From Mycoplasma mycoides subsp. capri (lineage in GTDB: Bacteria; Bacillota_I; Bacilli_A; Mycoplasmatales; Mycoplasmataceae), in assembly GCF_018389705.1 (NCBI RefSeq), contig NZ_CP065581.1:30001-62000 (forward strand): a DNA stretch of 32,000 bases. Direction: 5' to 3'. The stretch's first letter is position 1, and the number at the start of each line of letters is the position of its first letter. Below are positions 1 through 8,682 of this stretch, piece after piece. The notes under the pieces are model-generated. The model worked only from the letters and a program-made list of their open reading frames with translations, did not search any database and was not told the DNA's origin. The position numbers were made by a program, and so were the translations under genes.

Positions 1-662
1 AAACTACATCCTCTTTTTAAAGGAACTTTATTAATATAGTATTGTTTAACTTCACTTTCTTTAATATTTAGTTTTTTAGCATATTGTGGGATTAAGCTTT
101 CAAACATTTCTGAATCTAAAAGATTACCTAACATCAGTGAGTTAACTCTAATATTATGTTCAGCTAAATCTAAAGCTAGACTTTGAGTTAATCCAACTCC
201 ACCAAATTTAGCTGCTGAATAGCCTGAATTATATTTAGAACCAACTCTTCCTGATTTTGAATTAATTTGAATTATATTACCTTTTGTATTGTTTTTAATC
301 ATTATTTTTGCTGCTTGTTTTGCTGTTAAAAAATATCCATCTAAATTAATTTTTAGACTTGTAATAAAGTCTTGATATTCAAATGAAGTAATTTTTGTTG
401 ATTTTGCTCATCCTGCATTATAAACTAATGTATCAATTGTTTTGTATTTACTTTCAATTTGTTCAAAAACATTAATTACATCTTTTTCATTGGTTAAATC
501 ACATACAAAAGTATCTATTTGTTGATTTTCTTCTTTTAATTGATCAAGCTTTTCTTTATTTAAATCTAAAACAACAACTTGATAATTATTTTTATCAAGA
601 CCAAGTGCTAGAAATTTACCTAAACTTTTAGCTCCACCTGCAACAATAGCAACTTTTTTCAT
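1..662 (-). CDS. srlD: Sorbitol-6-phosphate 2-dehydrogenase-like short-chain dehydrogenase (SDR); the C-terminus runs off the left edge of the window
   Basis: Track ORF 408-662 continues through TGA at 408-410 in the same frame down to position 1. The N-terminus MKKVAIVAGGAKSLGKF is a Rossmann glycine motif. Catalytic YSAAK is present. The stretch IIQINSKSGRVGSKYNSGYSAAKFGGVGLTQSLALDLAE...KVPLKRGC closely matches E. coli SrlD as I remember it. Confidence 0.8.
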
Positions 663-2221
663 TATTTTTCTTCCTTAGTTTTTTGTTGTTTATTTTCAAT
701 TAATTTATATAAATCATCGTATGTATTTTTACCAATAAATTGTTCAACAGGATATATTAAAGCGTTTGGAGCTTTTTGAGACGCAAAATCTTTAAAACTT
801 TTCATAGTTATAACAACATCATATTCATCTTTTAAATCTTTAACTGCTATATTTGATACTTGAATATCATAATTATTGTTATTAACTCATTTTCTAATTA
901 AACCAGCAGCCATTGCAGAAGATCCTACTCCTGCTTCACAACAAACAACAATTTTTTTAATATTGTTATTATTTTTTATTGTTTTTTGATCTGAGTCTTG
1001 TTCATTAAATTCAATACCTTCATCAGTGATTTTAAATCCTTGATTTGATTCAGATTGTAGATTTTTTCTATTTTTTAATAACAATAAAACACTAACTCCA
1101 AATGCTATTAATGTACCAACAACAAATGCTAATAAATTAATTAATAAAGCATGTGTTCCATTAGATAAAGCAATTAGTGAAATTAAACTACCTGGACTTG
1201 GAGTTCCTATAGTTCCTCCTCCTAAATAAGAAGTAATAAATTGTGCACCAACTACACCTAACATTGTAGCTAATAGCATTTTTGGTTTTTTAATAATAAA
1301 TACAAAATATACTTCATGAATTCCACCAATTGTATGAATTAGTGAACTAGCAGCTGCATTATATCTATCTTCTTTTTTAGTAAAAATAATATAAGCTAAT
1401 AATAAGCCTAAACCAGGACCAGGATTTGGATCATATAAGAAAAAGATTGATCTAGGATTTGCAACTCCATTTGATCTTTGAATTTGAATTTCATTATAAC
1501 CAATAGGTCCTAAAACACCATGATTTAAAGCATTATTTAAAAATGATACTTTAATTGGTTCAGTAAAAAAACCTAATAAAGGAGCAACTCATTTATTATC
1601 ACCAAATAATTTAATAATTGAGATCATTACAAAAGTAATACCTCACATTATTCATCCTCAGCTTCAAAATACAGCTAAACCTAATAATATAGCATAAATT
1701 GCTAATCCAAAATTTTTAACTAGCATTTCTAGGCCTGGATTAATTTTATGTAAATATAATTTTTCTACTTTTTTTAAAAATAATGCTGATAAAGGTCCAA
1801 CTATCATAGCACCAATAAATTGGTTTGGTGAACCAGGATGAACCCATTTATCTCCTACTTTTTGTCAAATATAATGACTATAAATATGATCAGTACCAGT
1901 GATTGTTGCAACTATAATAAAAGTTGCAATCATTCCACCTCTTAAACCATAAACTAATCTACCGCCATTAAATGCAATTAATATTGGTAAAAGTCATTTA
2001 ATTCCTGGTTCAACTAATCTTCCTAACATTGGTACATCAAATCAACCTAGTTTTTTATTATGATCAAAATCATATAAAAACATAGCTGTTCAAAGTCCTC
2101 AAGCTAGTAGAACACCAATTGATGGCATAATCATACCAGCCATAAAAGACCCAGTTTTTTGAACTTTAAGTTTAAATTTATTTGCTCATTCTTTGTGAGT
2201 CATCTGAACTTTTGAATTCAT
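662..2221 (-). CDS. mtlA: PTS mannitol-family EIICB component (519 aa)
   Basis: A single code-4 ORF of 1560 nt in frame with track ORF 887-1279. The N-terminal part is a multi-TM EIIC domain. The C-terminal EIIB loop is VVCCEAGVGSSAMAA, the mannitol-type phospho-Cys motif. GGAGG lies upstream of the ATG at 2219-2221. The stop TAA (662-664) overlaps the srlD ATG (660-662). Confidence 0.8.
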
Positions 2222-2256
2222 CAAACATTCGCCTCCTGAAATTATATTAACTCAGG

Positions 2257-2293
2257 TTGTAAATATTTACAATATGTTGTAAATATTTTTACA
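2257..2293 (-). promoter_or_regulatory. Two operator-like palindromes upstream of mtlA
   Basis: TTGTAAATATTTACAA (2257-2272) is a perfect 16-bp palindrome. TTGTAAATATTTTTACA (2277-2293) is near-palindromic. Both lie just upstream of a minus-strand TATAAT (2241-2246). The half-sites TGTAAA/TTTACA resemble LacI/GalR-type or cre operators but lack the central CG. Confidence 0.4.
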
Positions 2294-2304
2294 TCAGAAA
2301 ATTA

Positions 2305-2331
2305 TTAAAATAAAAAAGCGCTTTTGGCGCT
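2305..2331 (-). terminator. Intrinsic terminator candidate downstream of the COG2865 gene and left repeat array
   Basis: The hairpin AGCGC-TTTTG-GCGCT (2317-2331) is followed on the minus strand by a T-run (plus-strand A-run 2312-2317). Confidence 0.45.
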
Positions 2332-2334
2332 GCT

Positions 2335-2450
2335 ATTATATCTTTATTATATCTATATTATATCTTTAGACAAATGTATTATATCAATAATATATCTTAT
2401 TATTTCTTTATTATATCCTTATTATATCTTTAATATATCTTATTATTACG
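2335..2450. repeat. Left array of ~10 tandem units, consensus ATTATATCTTT, period ~11 bp
   Basis: Units read by eye are:
- attatatcttt
- attatatctat
- attatatcttt
- agacaaatgt
- attatatcaat
- aatatatctt
- attatttcttt
- attatatcctt
- attatatcttt
- aatatatctt
- attattacg. Confidence 0.85.
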
Positions 2451-2492
2451 TTTATTTTTTTTAAGATATACAAATGATATATAAAAAAGATA

Positions 2493-3875
2493 TTACTTGT
2501 CAATGCGTACTCAGTAACCTGTTTTATTTGAACCAACTCTTTTTAATATATTCTTTTTAACTAATTTACTAACTGCTCTTTGCATTGTTATTCAAGCCAT
2601 GTCAAACTCATCAGCTAATTCTGCTAATGATGAAATTTTTTCATTTTTATCACAATAGTTTAAAATATTTTCTTCTAAAGAAGTTAAGTTCATATTTTTT
2701 ACTATATTTTTATTTTCAAATTCTATATTTTTACTATTTTCATGAACACTTAAAAATTCATTATCAGTTTTTTTTCTATAAAAACTAAAAGTGAAACCAA
2801 AATTTGAAATATCATATGAGTATTTAATATTATTTTTTTCACATAAACTAAATACAGTTTGAAAACCTGTTCCAAAATTTTCTACAAGGTTATTTCTATA
2901 TAATGTAGTAGCTATAAGTGGATTCATTGGTTTTGATGAAATTTTACCTTCAGCGAAATTTGCTGGAATAGTATTTAATGGAAAATGACCAGGATTATAA
3001 ATTCTTACTTCACTTGGAAAAATAGATATTTCGTTATAATCACCACTAGTTATTCTCATATGAACAAAACTATTAACTACAATTTCACGAATTGCCTTAA
3101 CTGGAATTTCTGGGCGAGGCACTCTTCTTAAATCTTCATAAACATAAACTTGATTTATGTTTTTTAATATGTATTCAATAGATCTATTAATGCATTCAAA
3201 AATATTTCCTTCAAATCTAATATTATCAATTAGAGTTATTCTTTCATCTGTTAAAAATTTTCCTAGCTTTACAGTTATCGGTTTATTTTTTGAAAATAAA
3301 TAATAACCAGCATTATTTAATCTATTGTTTTCCATCAAGTCTAATCTTATTAAGGATTCCTTGACTGAATTAAAAAGATGAGGAAACTTTCCTAAATCAT
3401 ATGCTTTTCTTACATAGTTAATTAAAAGTTGTTCATCAACTTCATCTTCACCATATTTTGTTAATTCTTTTTCTCAAGTTAAGTTAGTAAATTCATTAGT
3501 TTGAAATAGTTTTCTAAGTTCATTATTATCAATAACTTGATCTTGTTCATCAACTCTTGTGTAATATTTTCCATATGCTGAATATGGTCTTTCAGTACCA
3601 TTTACTTCTACAGAAATATAATTTAGGTTGTTTTCTTTTAAAACAACAATATTAGGATATATATTTGGCTTTATATGATTTTTTATTTCATTTGCAATAT
3701 CAGTTGTTGATGTTTTTCCAATTTGTTGACCAACAATTGTTCCATCGTTTTTAACTCCAAAGTAAACAGATCCACGGCCACTTTTATTTAACATTCCACA
3801 CAATGAAATCACAGCTTCTTTTAGTTCTGCTGTACTTTTTTTAAATTCTACTTGTTCACCTTCTCTGCCAAACAT
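2493..3875 (-). CDS. COG2865-type protein (460 aa): N-terminal Schlafen/AlbA_2 domain, central HATPase_c_4-like region, C-terminal winged HTH. Putative regulator, often annotated as RecG-C-terminal-like.
   Basis: Track ORFs 3474-3875 and 2592-3338 are in one frame and are joined by TGA codons at 3471-3473 and 2592-2594; a third in-frame TGA lies at 2511-2513. The true stop is TAA at 2493-2495. The N-terminus is MFGREGEQVEFKKS...GSVYFGVKNDGTIVG, the AlbA_2 signature. The C-terminus LAELADEFDMAWITMQRAVSKLVKKNILKRVGSNKTGYWV is HTH-like. The RBS is AAGGGG. Confidence 0.75.
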
Positions 3876-3917
3876 ATATAACCTACCCCTTAAATTATCT
3901 ATTTTAATAAAGAATTT

Positions 3918-4056
3918 ATTATATCACTATTATATCTTTAATATATCTTTATTATATCATCTATATCTCCATTATATCTTTAATATATCTATAAATAGTC
4001 TTATTATATCTTTATTGTATCTTATTATATCACTATTATATCTTTATTATATCATC
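3918..4056. repeat. Right array of 13 tandem units of the same ATTATATCTTT consensus, in the same orientation as the left array
   Basis: Units begin at 3918, 3929, 3940, 3951, 3962, 3971, 3982, 3993, 4003, 4014, 4024, 4035 and 4046. Segment 3918-3961 is re-duplicated at 4024-4056. On the minus strand each unit reads AAAGATATAAT and so contains TATAAT. Confidence 0.85.
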
Positions 4057-4232
4057 TTAATATTATTAAAAGAATTAGTAAAACATTGCCAAAAAGCCTT
4101 TTTAAAAAATATATAGCATATTTTAAAAGCTTGTGATAAACTAAAATTGCTGGCAACAGCAAACTTTGATATTAATCTTTGTTTTTAAAAGGTTATTATA
4201 CTATTTAGCTAAAGTCTGATTTATTAAACATG

Positions 4233-4262
4233 CAAAAAAGCTGCCTTTATGGCAGCTTTTTG
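4233..4262 (-). terminator. Intrinsic terminator after rpsR (bidirectional shape)
   Basis: The hairpin AGCTGCC-TTTAT-GGCAGCT (4239-4257) is flanked by an A-run and a T-run. Confidence 0.7.
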
Positions 4263-4282
4263 CTTTATATTATTTTATTAAA

Positions 4283-4510
4283 TTATTCAATTACGTATGG
4301 TAATAAAGCCATTTGACGAGCTCTTTTAATTGCTAAAGCTAGTTGTCTTTGATCTTTTGGAGAAGTTCCTGTAATTCTTCTTGGTAAAATTTGACCATTA
4401 GGTGAAATGAATTTTTTTAGTAATTCAATATCTTTGTAGTCGATGTATTTAATATTGTTTTTTTGGAAAAAATTAACTTTTTTTCTTTTTTTAATTTTTT
4501 TAACTTGCAT
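4283..4510 (-). CDS. rpsR: 30S ribosomal protein S18
   Basis: A 75-aa ORF ending ...[32 protein letters not shown], in the conserved rpsF-ssb-rpsR order. Confidence 0.95.
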   Translation of the reverse strand: MQVKKIKKRKKVNFFQKNNIKYIDYKDIELLKKFISPNGQILPRRITGTSPKDQRQLALAIKRARQMALLPYVIE

Positions 4511-4529
4511 GAAAACTATACCTTTCTAC

Positions 4530-4970
4530 TTATTCTCATAAAATTGAAAGTTCATCATCATCTGAAACTACTAAATCATCAAATGATGAATCGCTATTTT
4601 GTTGAGTAGGTTGGTTAGGTGTGAAATTATCGTTTTGTTCAGTTGTCATATTATTTCTATTTTTAGATGGTTCTAAGAAATTAACTCTTTCAGCTAATAC
4701 ATTTACAATTGTTTCAAATTTACCATCAGGTGTTTGATTGTTTCTAGTTGTAATTCTTCCTTCAACTGAAATTAAACTTCCTTTTGATAAATACTTAACC
4801 ATATTTTCAGCAGTTCTATCAAATGCAGAACAAGGTATATAATTAGTTTTTTCTTCTTTAGTTGAAAATTCAGAAACAGCAACTGTAAAAAAAACAAACT
4901 TAGATCCGTTTTTTGCTACTCTTAATTCTAAATCTCTTGTAATTCTACCTACCAAATTTACTCTATTCAT
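4530..4970 (-). CDS. ssb: Single-stranded DNA-binding protein (146 aa)
   Basis: The N-terminus MNRVNLVGRITRDLELR is an OB fold, and the tail is acidic. The track stop at 4536-4538 is TGA (Trp). The ORF continues W-E to TAA at 4530-4532. Confidence 0.9.
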
Positions 4971-4981
4971 AATTTCCTTAA

Positions 4982-5395
4982 TTATTTGCTTTCTTTTACA
5001 GCGGCTTCTTCTCTTTTAATAAATGGCTTTCTAAAGTTTTTCTTTTCACGTTGTTCTTCTTCATATTTAGTCATATCAGTTTTTGAAAGAACAACTGATT
5101 GTTCATAATTTTGGATATTTTCTGTATTTAAAACTAGTGTTCTAACAACGTTTTTATCAATTTTTGCAATACGTTCAAATTCTTTAATTGCTTGAGTTGT
5201 AGCTTCAACAATAACTACATGATAAAAACCTTTTTTCTTATGATTGATTTCATAAGTAAAATCTAATAAACCTAAATCATTAGATTCTAGAATTTTTCCA
5301 TTTTCAGCTAAAATAGCATCTAATTTAGTCACTAATTCTTTTGTATCTTTTACATCTTGATCCAAAATATACATTACTTCATATTTTTTAATCAT
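4982..5395 (-). CDS. rpsF: 30S ribosomal protein S6
   Basis: A 137-aa ORF beginning MIKKYEVMYILD, in the position of the first gene of the rpsF-ssb-rpsR cluster. Confidence 0.9.
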   Translation of the reverse strand: MIKKYEVMYILDQDVKDTKELVTKLDAILAENGKILESNDLGLLDFTYEINHKKKGFYHVVIVEATTQAIKEFERIAKIDKNVVRTLVLNTENIQNYEQSVVLSKTDMTKYEEEQREKKNFRKPFIKREEAAVKESK

Positions 5396-5403
5396 TTAGA
5401 TTA

Positions 5404-5442
5404 TTCCTCCTTATGGTCTTTTGGGCTAAACAGCCAAGGAGC
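5404..5442 (-). promoter_or_regulatory. Candidate rpsF (S6:S18-binding) leader hairpin that sequesters the RBS
   Basis: The minus strand reads GCTCCTTGGCTGTTTAGCCCAAAAGACCATAAGGAGG. CTCCTT can pair with the Shine-Dalgarno AAGGAG, and GGCT/AGCC forms an inner stem. Confidence 0.4.
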
Positions 5443-5468
5443 TAATTACTTTAAATTAACTCATATGA

Positions 5469-5497
5469 ATTATATAAAAAACATACTACTAATACAA
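5469..5497 (-). promoter_or_regulatory. Sigma-70-type promoter candidate for rpsF-ssb-rpsR
   Basis: On the minus strand, TTGTAT (5492-5497) is separated by a 17-nt spacer from TATAAT (5469-5474). Confidence 0.5.
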
Positions 5498-5549
5498 CTT
5501 AAAAACATAAACAAGAATATAATTATAACTAAAATATTTTAATTAGAAA

Positions 5550-5578
5550 ATAAAAAATATCAGATACTATCTGATATT
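5550..5578 (-). terminator. Intrinsic terminator after the cold-shock gene
   Basis: The inverted repeat ATATCAGATA/TATCTGATAT (5557-5577) is followed on the minus strand by a T-run. Confidence 0.7.
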
Positions 5579-5599
5579 TGATTAACTATTGATAAATAA

Positions 5600-5809
5600 C
5601 TATTTATTTGTGATTGAAACGTTAAAAGCTTCTAGTCCTTTTATACCCTTATTTAATTCATAAGTTACTTTTTGACCTTGTTCTAAAGTTTTATAACCGT
5701 TTACATTAATATTTGAAAAATAAACAAAAACATCTTTATTATCAGAATCATTAGTTATAAAACCAAAACCTTTTTCATCGTTAAATCATTTAACTATACC
5801 AGTGTTCAT
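5600..5809 (-). CDS. Cold-shock protein, CspA family (69 aa); missed by the ORF track
   Basis: The translation is [34 protein letters not shown]... It carries RNP1 (KGFGFI) and RNP2-like (VFVYF) motifs. The conserved Trp is TGA at 5786-5788. The stop is TAG at 5600-5602, and GGAGGT lies upstream of the ATG. Confidence 0.9.
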
Positions 5810-5995
5810 ATTACCTCCAATCTAAATTATTAATAGATCGAGTAATACAACTTAAATCTTTTTTAATAATATCTTGATTATACATTAAATAATAAATTAT
5901 ACTAGTAATAAAATATAAGTTAGGAACAATTATTAAGTTAATAATTAACTAACAAATTATTGATATTAACTATAAAATAACAATAGGGGTAAAAC

Positions 5996-6595
5996 ATGAG
6001 TAAAGTTCTTGTTTTAAAAACAACTGCTCAAGCAGATGAAGTATCTAATTCTGTTGCTTTAACTAATAGATTTTTAGAAGAATATAAAAAATTTAACCCA
6101 GATGACGAAATTATTATTGTTGATTTAAATAAAGATGAAGTTGGAACTAGTATTTTAACTTCAGAAACATTTTCAACTTTTTATCAACAAGAAGTTACTA
6201 AAAAATATATTAATTTATTAAAAAGTGTAGATAAATTAGTTATTGCTTGTCCAATGTATAATTTTTCAACTCCAGTAACATTAAAATCATTTATTGATCA
6301 CGTTTCAGTTGCTAATGAAACATTTTCATACAAATACTCTAAAAAAGGAGATGCAATTGGTTTAATTACTAATTTAAAAGCTCAAATTTTAGGAGTTCAA
6401 GGAGCACCATTAGGATGATATCCTTGAGGTCAACACACTCAATATGTTGAAGGTGCTATGAGATTTTTAGGAATTGAATTTAACAAAACTGTTTTACTAG
6501 CAGGAGTAAAAGTAGCTCCACTATTACAATTAACTCCAGAACAAAGAGTAGAAACAATTATTGATGAAGTTATAGAAGCTGCTAGAACTTTTTAA
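5996..6595 (+). CDS. azoR: FMN-dependent NADH-azoreductase / flavodoxin-like fold protein (199 aa)
   Basis: Track ORF 5996-6418 continues through TGA at 6416-6418 and a second TGA to TAA at 6593-6595. The N-terminus [32 protein letters not shown] and the motif [20 protein letters not shown] are typical of AzoR/AcpD. Confidence 0.8.
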
Positions 6596-6605
6596 TAATA
6601 AAAAA

Positions 6606-6633
6606 CAAAATGCACCAGGTGGTGCATTTTTTT
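6606..6633. terminator. Bidirectional intrinsic terminator between azoR(+) and the ABC ATPase(-)
   Basis: The hairpin TGCACC-AGGT-GGTGCA (6611-6626) has A-rich sequence on its 5' side and a T-run on its 3' side. Confidence 0.75.
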
Positions 6634-7666
6634 ATGATCATTCAATAGTTTGTGGATCTGCTGGGTTTGGATTATGTTCTAAATTATCAATAATTCCGTT
6701 TTTAATATGAATTACAGTGTTTGCAATTTTTGCAATGTTTGGGTTGTGAGTAACTACAATAACAGTAGTTTTATACTCTTTATTAACTTTAACTAAAATT
6801 TCAAGAACCTTACGTCCCATTTCTTCATCTAATGCCCCAGTTGGTTCATCAGCAAATAAAATATCAGGATTTTTAGCTAGAGCTCTTGCTATTGAAACAC
6901 GTTGTTGTTGTCCTCCTGACATTTGGTGAGGATATTTATGCATTTGATCTTTCATACCAATTGTTTCAAAAATTTCATCAATTGACATTCCATTTTTTTT
7001 ACTTGAAAGATTTTCTCCAACTTCAGCGTTTTCTTTAGCAGTTAAATTAGTTAATAAATTATATTGTTGAAAAACAAAACCAACAGTTCTTCTTCTAAAC
7101 TTAGTCATATGAGAGTCTTTTAGTAAAGAAAGATTTGATCCTAAAACAAAAACATCTCCTTGACTAGCTTTATCTAGACCTGAAATAATATTTAAAAAAG
7201 TAGTTTTTCCAGATCCAGAAGGACCTAAAATAACAATAAAGTCTGATTTGTCTAACTTAATATCAATTCCTTTTAAAACAGGAGTTTCTAGATCACCAGT
7301 AATATAAGATTTTTGAACATTTTTTAATTCTATAATGTGTTTATCTAAATTTGGTTTATAGTTTTGAGTTGTGATTATATGTCCTTTATTTAAAATGTCT
7401 TTTGAATATTTATTAGTTAGTTGTTTTTGAAGTTTTTGTTTTTGTTTTAATCCTTTAATACCTGGTTCAAATTTTTGATCATTTGGAATAACAATATATT
7501 CTCTTTGATCCATTTGTTCTAATAAAACAGGTTCTGATTTGATAGTTTTAGTTTTTTTAGGTTTTTTTGATGATTTTATTTCTTCAAAATCAGGGTCTTT
7601 TTTACTAATTGGTTGGATTTGTTCAATGTTAATAGACACTTCAGTATTTTTCTTGTCTTTAGCCAT
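6632..7666 (-). CDS. ABC transporter ATP-binding protein, MacB/LolD/FtsE-like, with a ~110-aa Lys-rich N-terminal extension (344 aa)
   Basis: Motifs present are Walker A GPSGSGKTT, Q-loop FVFQQYNLL, signature MSGGQQQRV and Walker B ILFADEPTGALD. The track stop at 6638-6640 is TGA. The ORF continues W-S to TAA at 6632-6634. Confidence 0.9.
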
Positions 7667-7713
7667 AATTACCCTCTTTATAAAACAATAATTCTAATAG
7701 ATTTTAACATAAT

Positions 7714-8580
7714 TTAATTTAATAATGTTATCACGTCTTGTATCTGTATTTGGTATTTTTGATTACAAAAATCACATACAACTTCTACAGGTTTATTATC
7801 TTTAATAATATCTTTTAAATCATTTTGGTTTAAAAGATTTAATGTTGATAAAACTTTTTGATAAGAACAAGTACATTCAAAACTAATTGTTGATTGATCT
7901 AAAATAGTTGCATCATTATCAATTTCTTTAACAATAGCATAATAATTAGTTGACTTAACTAGTACATCTTTAACATAACTTGTATTACCTAATTTTTGTG
8001 AAATATAGTCTAAATCTTCTTTTGTATGATTTGGAAGCATTTCAACTAAAATTCCAACTACTTTTTTAATTTCTAAATTATCATCAAATTTTACTTCAGT
8101 TGTTATAAATGATTTAGTTTGATTTGATTGATTAAAATACTTCATAAAATCATAGTCAATATTTCCATATTCAATTTCTATATTTGAAACATATGGTTCT
8201 TTTAAATTTAAATCTCTACTTACTATTAAATCACCTTTATTAGAAGCAATTAAACAAATAATTTCGTTAAGATCTTTATTATTAAAATTGTCAATATTTA
8301 CATTTTTATTTTGTATATAAGCTCTAATTTTACTATCATGATATTCAGCTATCATAGTTTTAGTTAAAGAAGCGGGTGCATTTCAATTAACATAAGTTTT
8401 TTCTTTATTTTTAAACTGCATTCCAATTAAAGTTGAACAACAAACAAACTTAGAAAAAACCATATTAGCTAATGTGTTTGATTGTTGTAAATCTGTAATT
8501 TCTTTTATTGTTTCAGAAATATCAACTATTGAAATTCTTAAGTTATGTTTATTACTAATTGCTCTTATTTTTAGATCCAT
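7714..8580 (-). CDS. hslO: Hsp33-family redox-regulated chaperone (288 aa)
   Basis: Track ORFs 8383-8580 and 7714-8355 are in frame and are joined by TGA at 8383-8385. The C-terminal zinc-centre motifs are CTCS...CDFCNQKY (CxC...CxxC). Confidence 0.8.
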
Positions 8581-8655
8581 AAAAACACCTTCTAACTAAT
8601 AAATTATACCAAAACCATTATATTGACTTATAGAAAAAATAAAGTAGTTTATAAC

Positions 8656-8682
8656 TATAAAAAAACAGCTTTAAGCTGTTTT
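8656..8682 (-). terminator. Intrinsic terminator whose hairpin loop is the stop codon of paralogue A
   Basis: The hairpin AACAGCT-TTA-AGCTGTT spans 8664-8680. It is followed on the minus strand by a T-run (plus-strand A-run 8659-8665). Confidence 0.6.

Noticed and set aside
2585-2788. Plus-strand ORF 2585-2788. The same applies to 5357-5542(+) and 15562-15828(-).
   Set aside because: These are shadow ORFs opposite well-supported genes (the COG2865 gene, the rpsF leader and the permease). They are aromatic or Leu-rich nonsense with no start context.
2335-4056. Reading the short-repeat arrays as CRISPR
   Set aside because: The units are contiguous 9-11-bp repeats with no unique spacers, which is far below CRISPR repeat and spacer sizes. 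There are no cas genes in the window. The same reasoning applies to the 23-bp-phased repeats at 24596-24661.
4140-4170. Hairpin TTGCTG-GCAA-CAGCAA (about 4150-4165) as an independent RNA gene or terminator
   Set aside because: It is a short 6-bp stem with only a weak T-rich tract on the minus strand. It lies between the rpsR terminator and the right repeat array, and there is no further support.
7714-8580. Apparent pseudogenes or frameshifts: split ORFs for hslO, ftsH, tilS, the dehydrogenase, the DUF285 gene and the permease
   Set aside because: All fragments of each gene are in the same frame and are separated only by TGA. This is a code-4 artefact, not gene decay.
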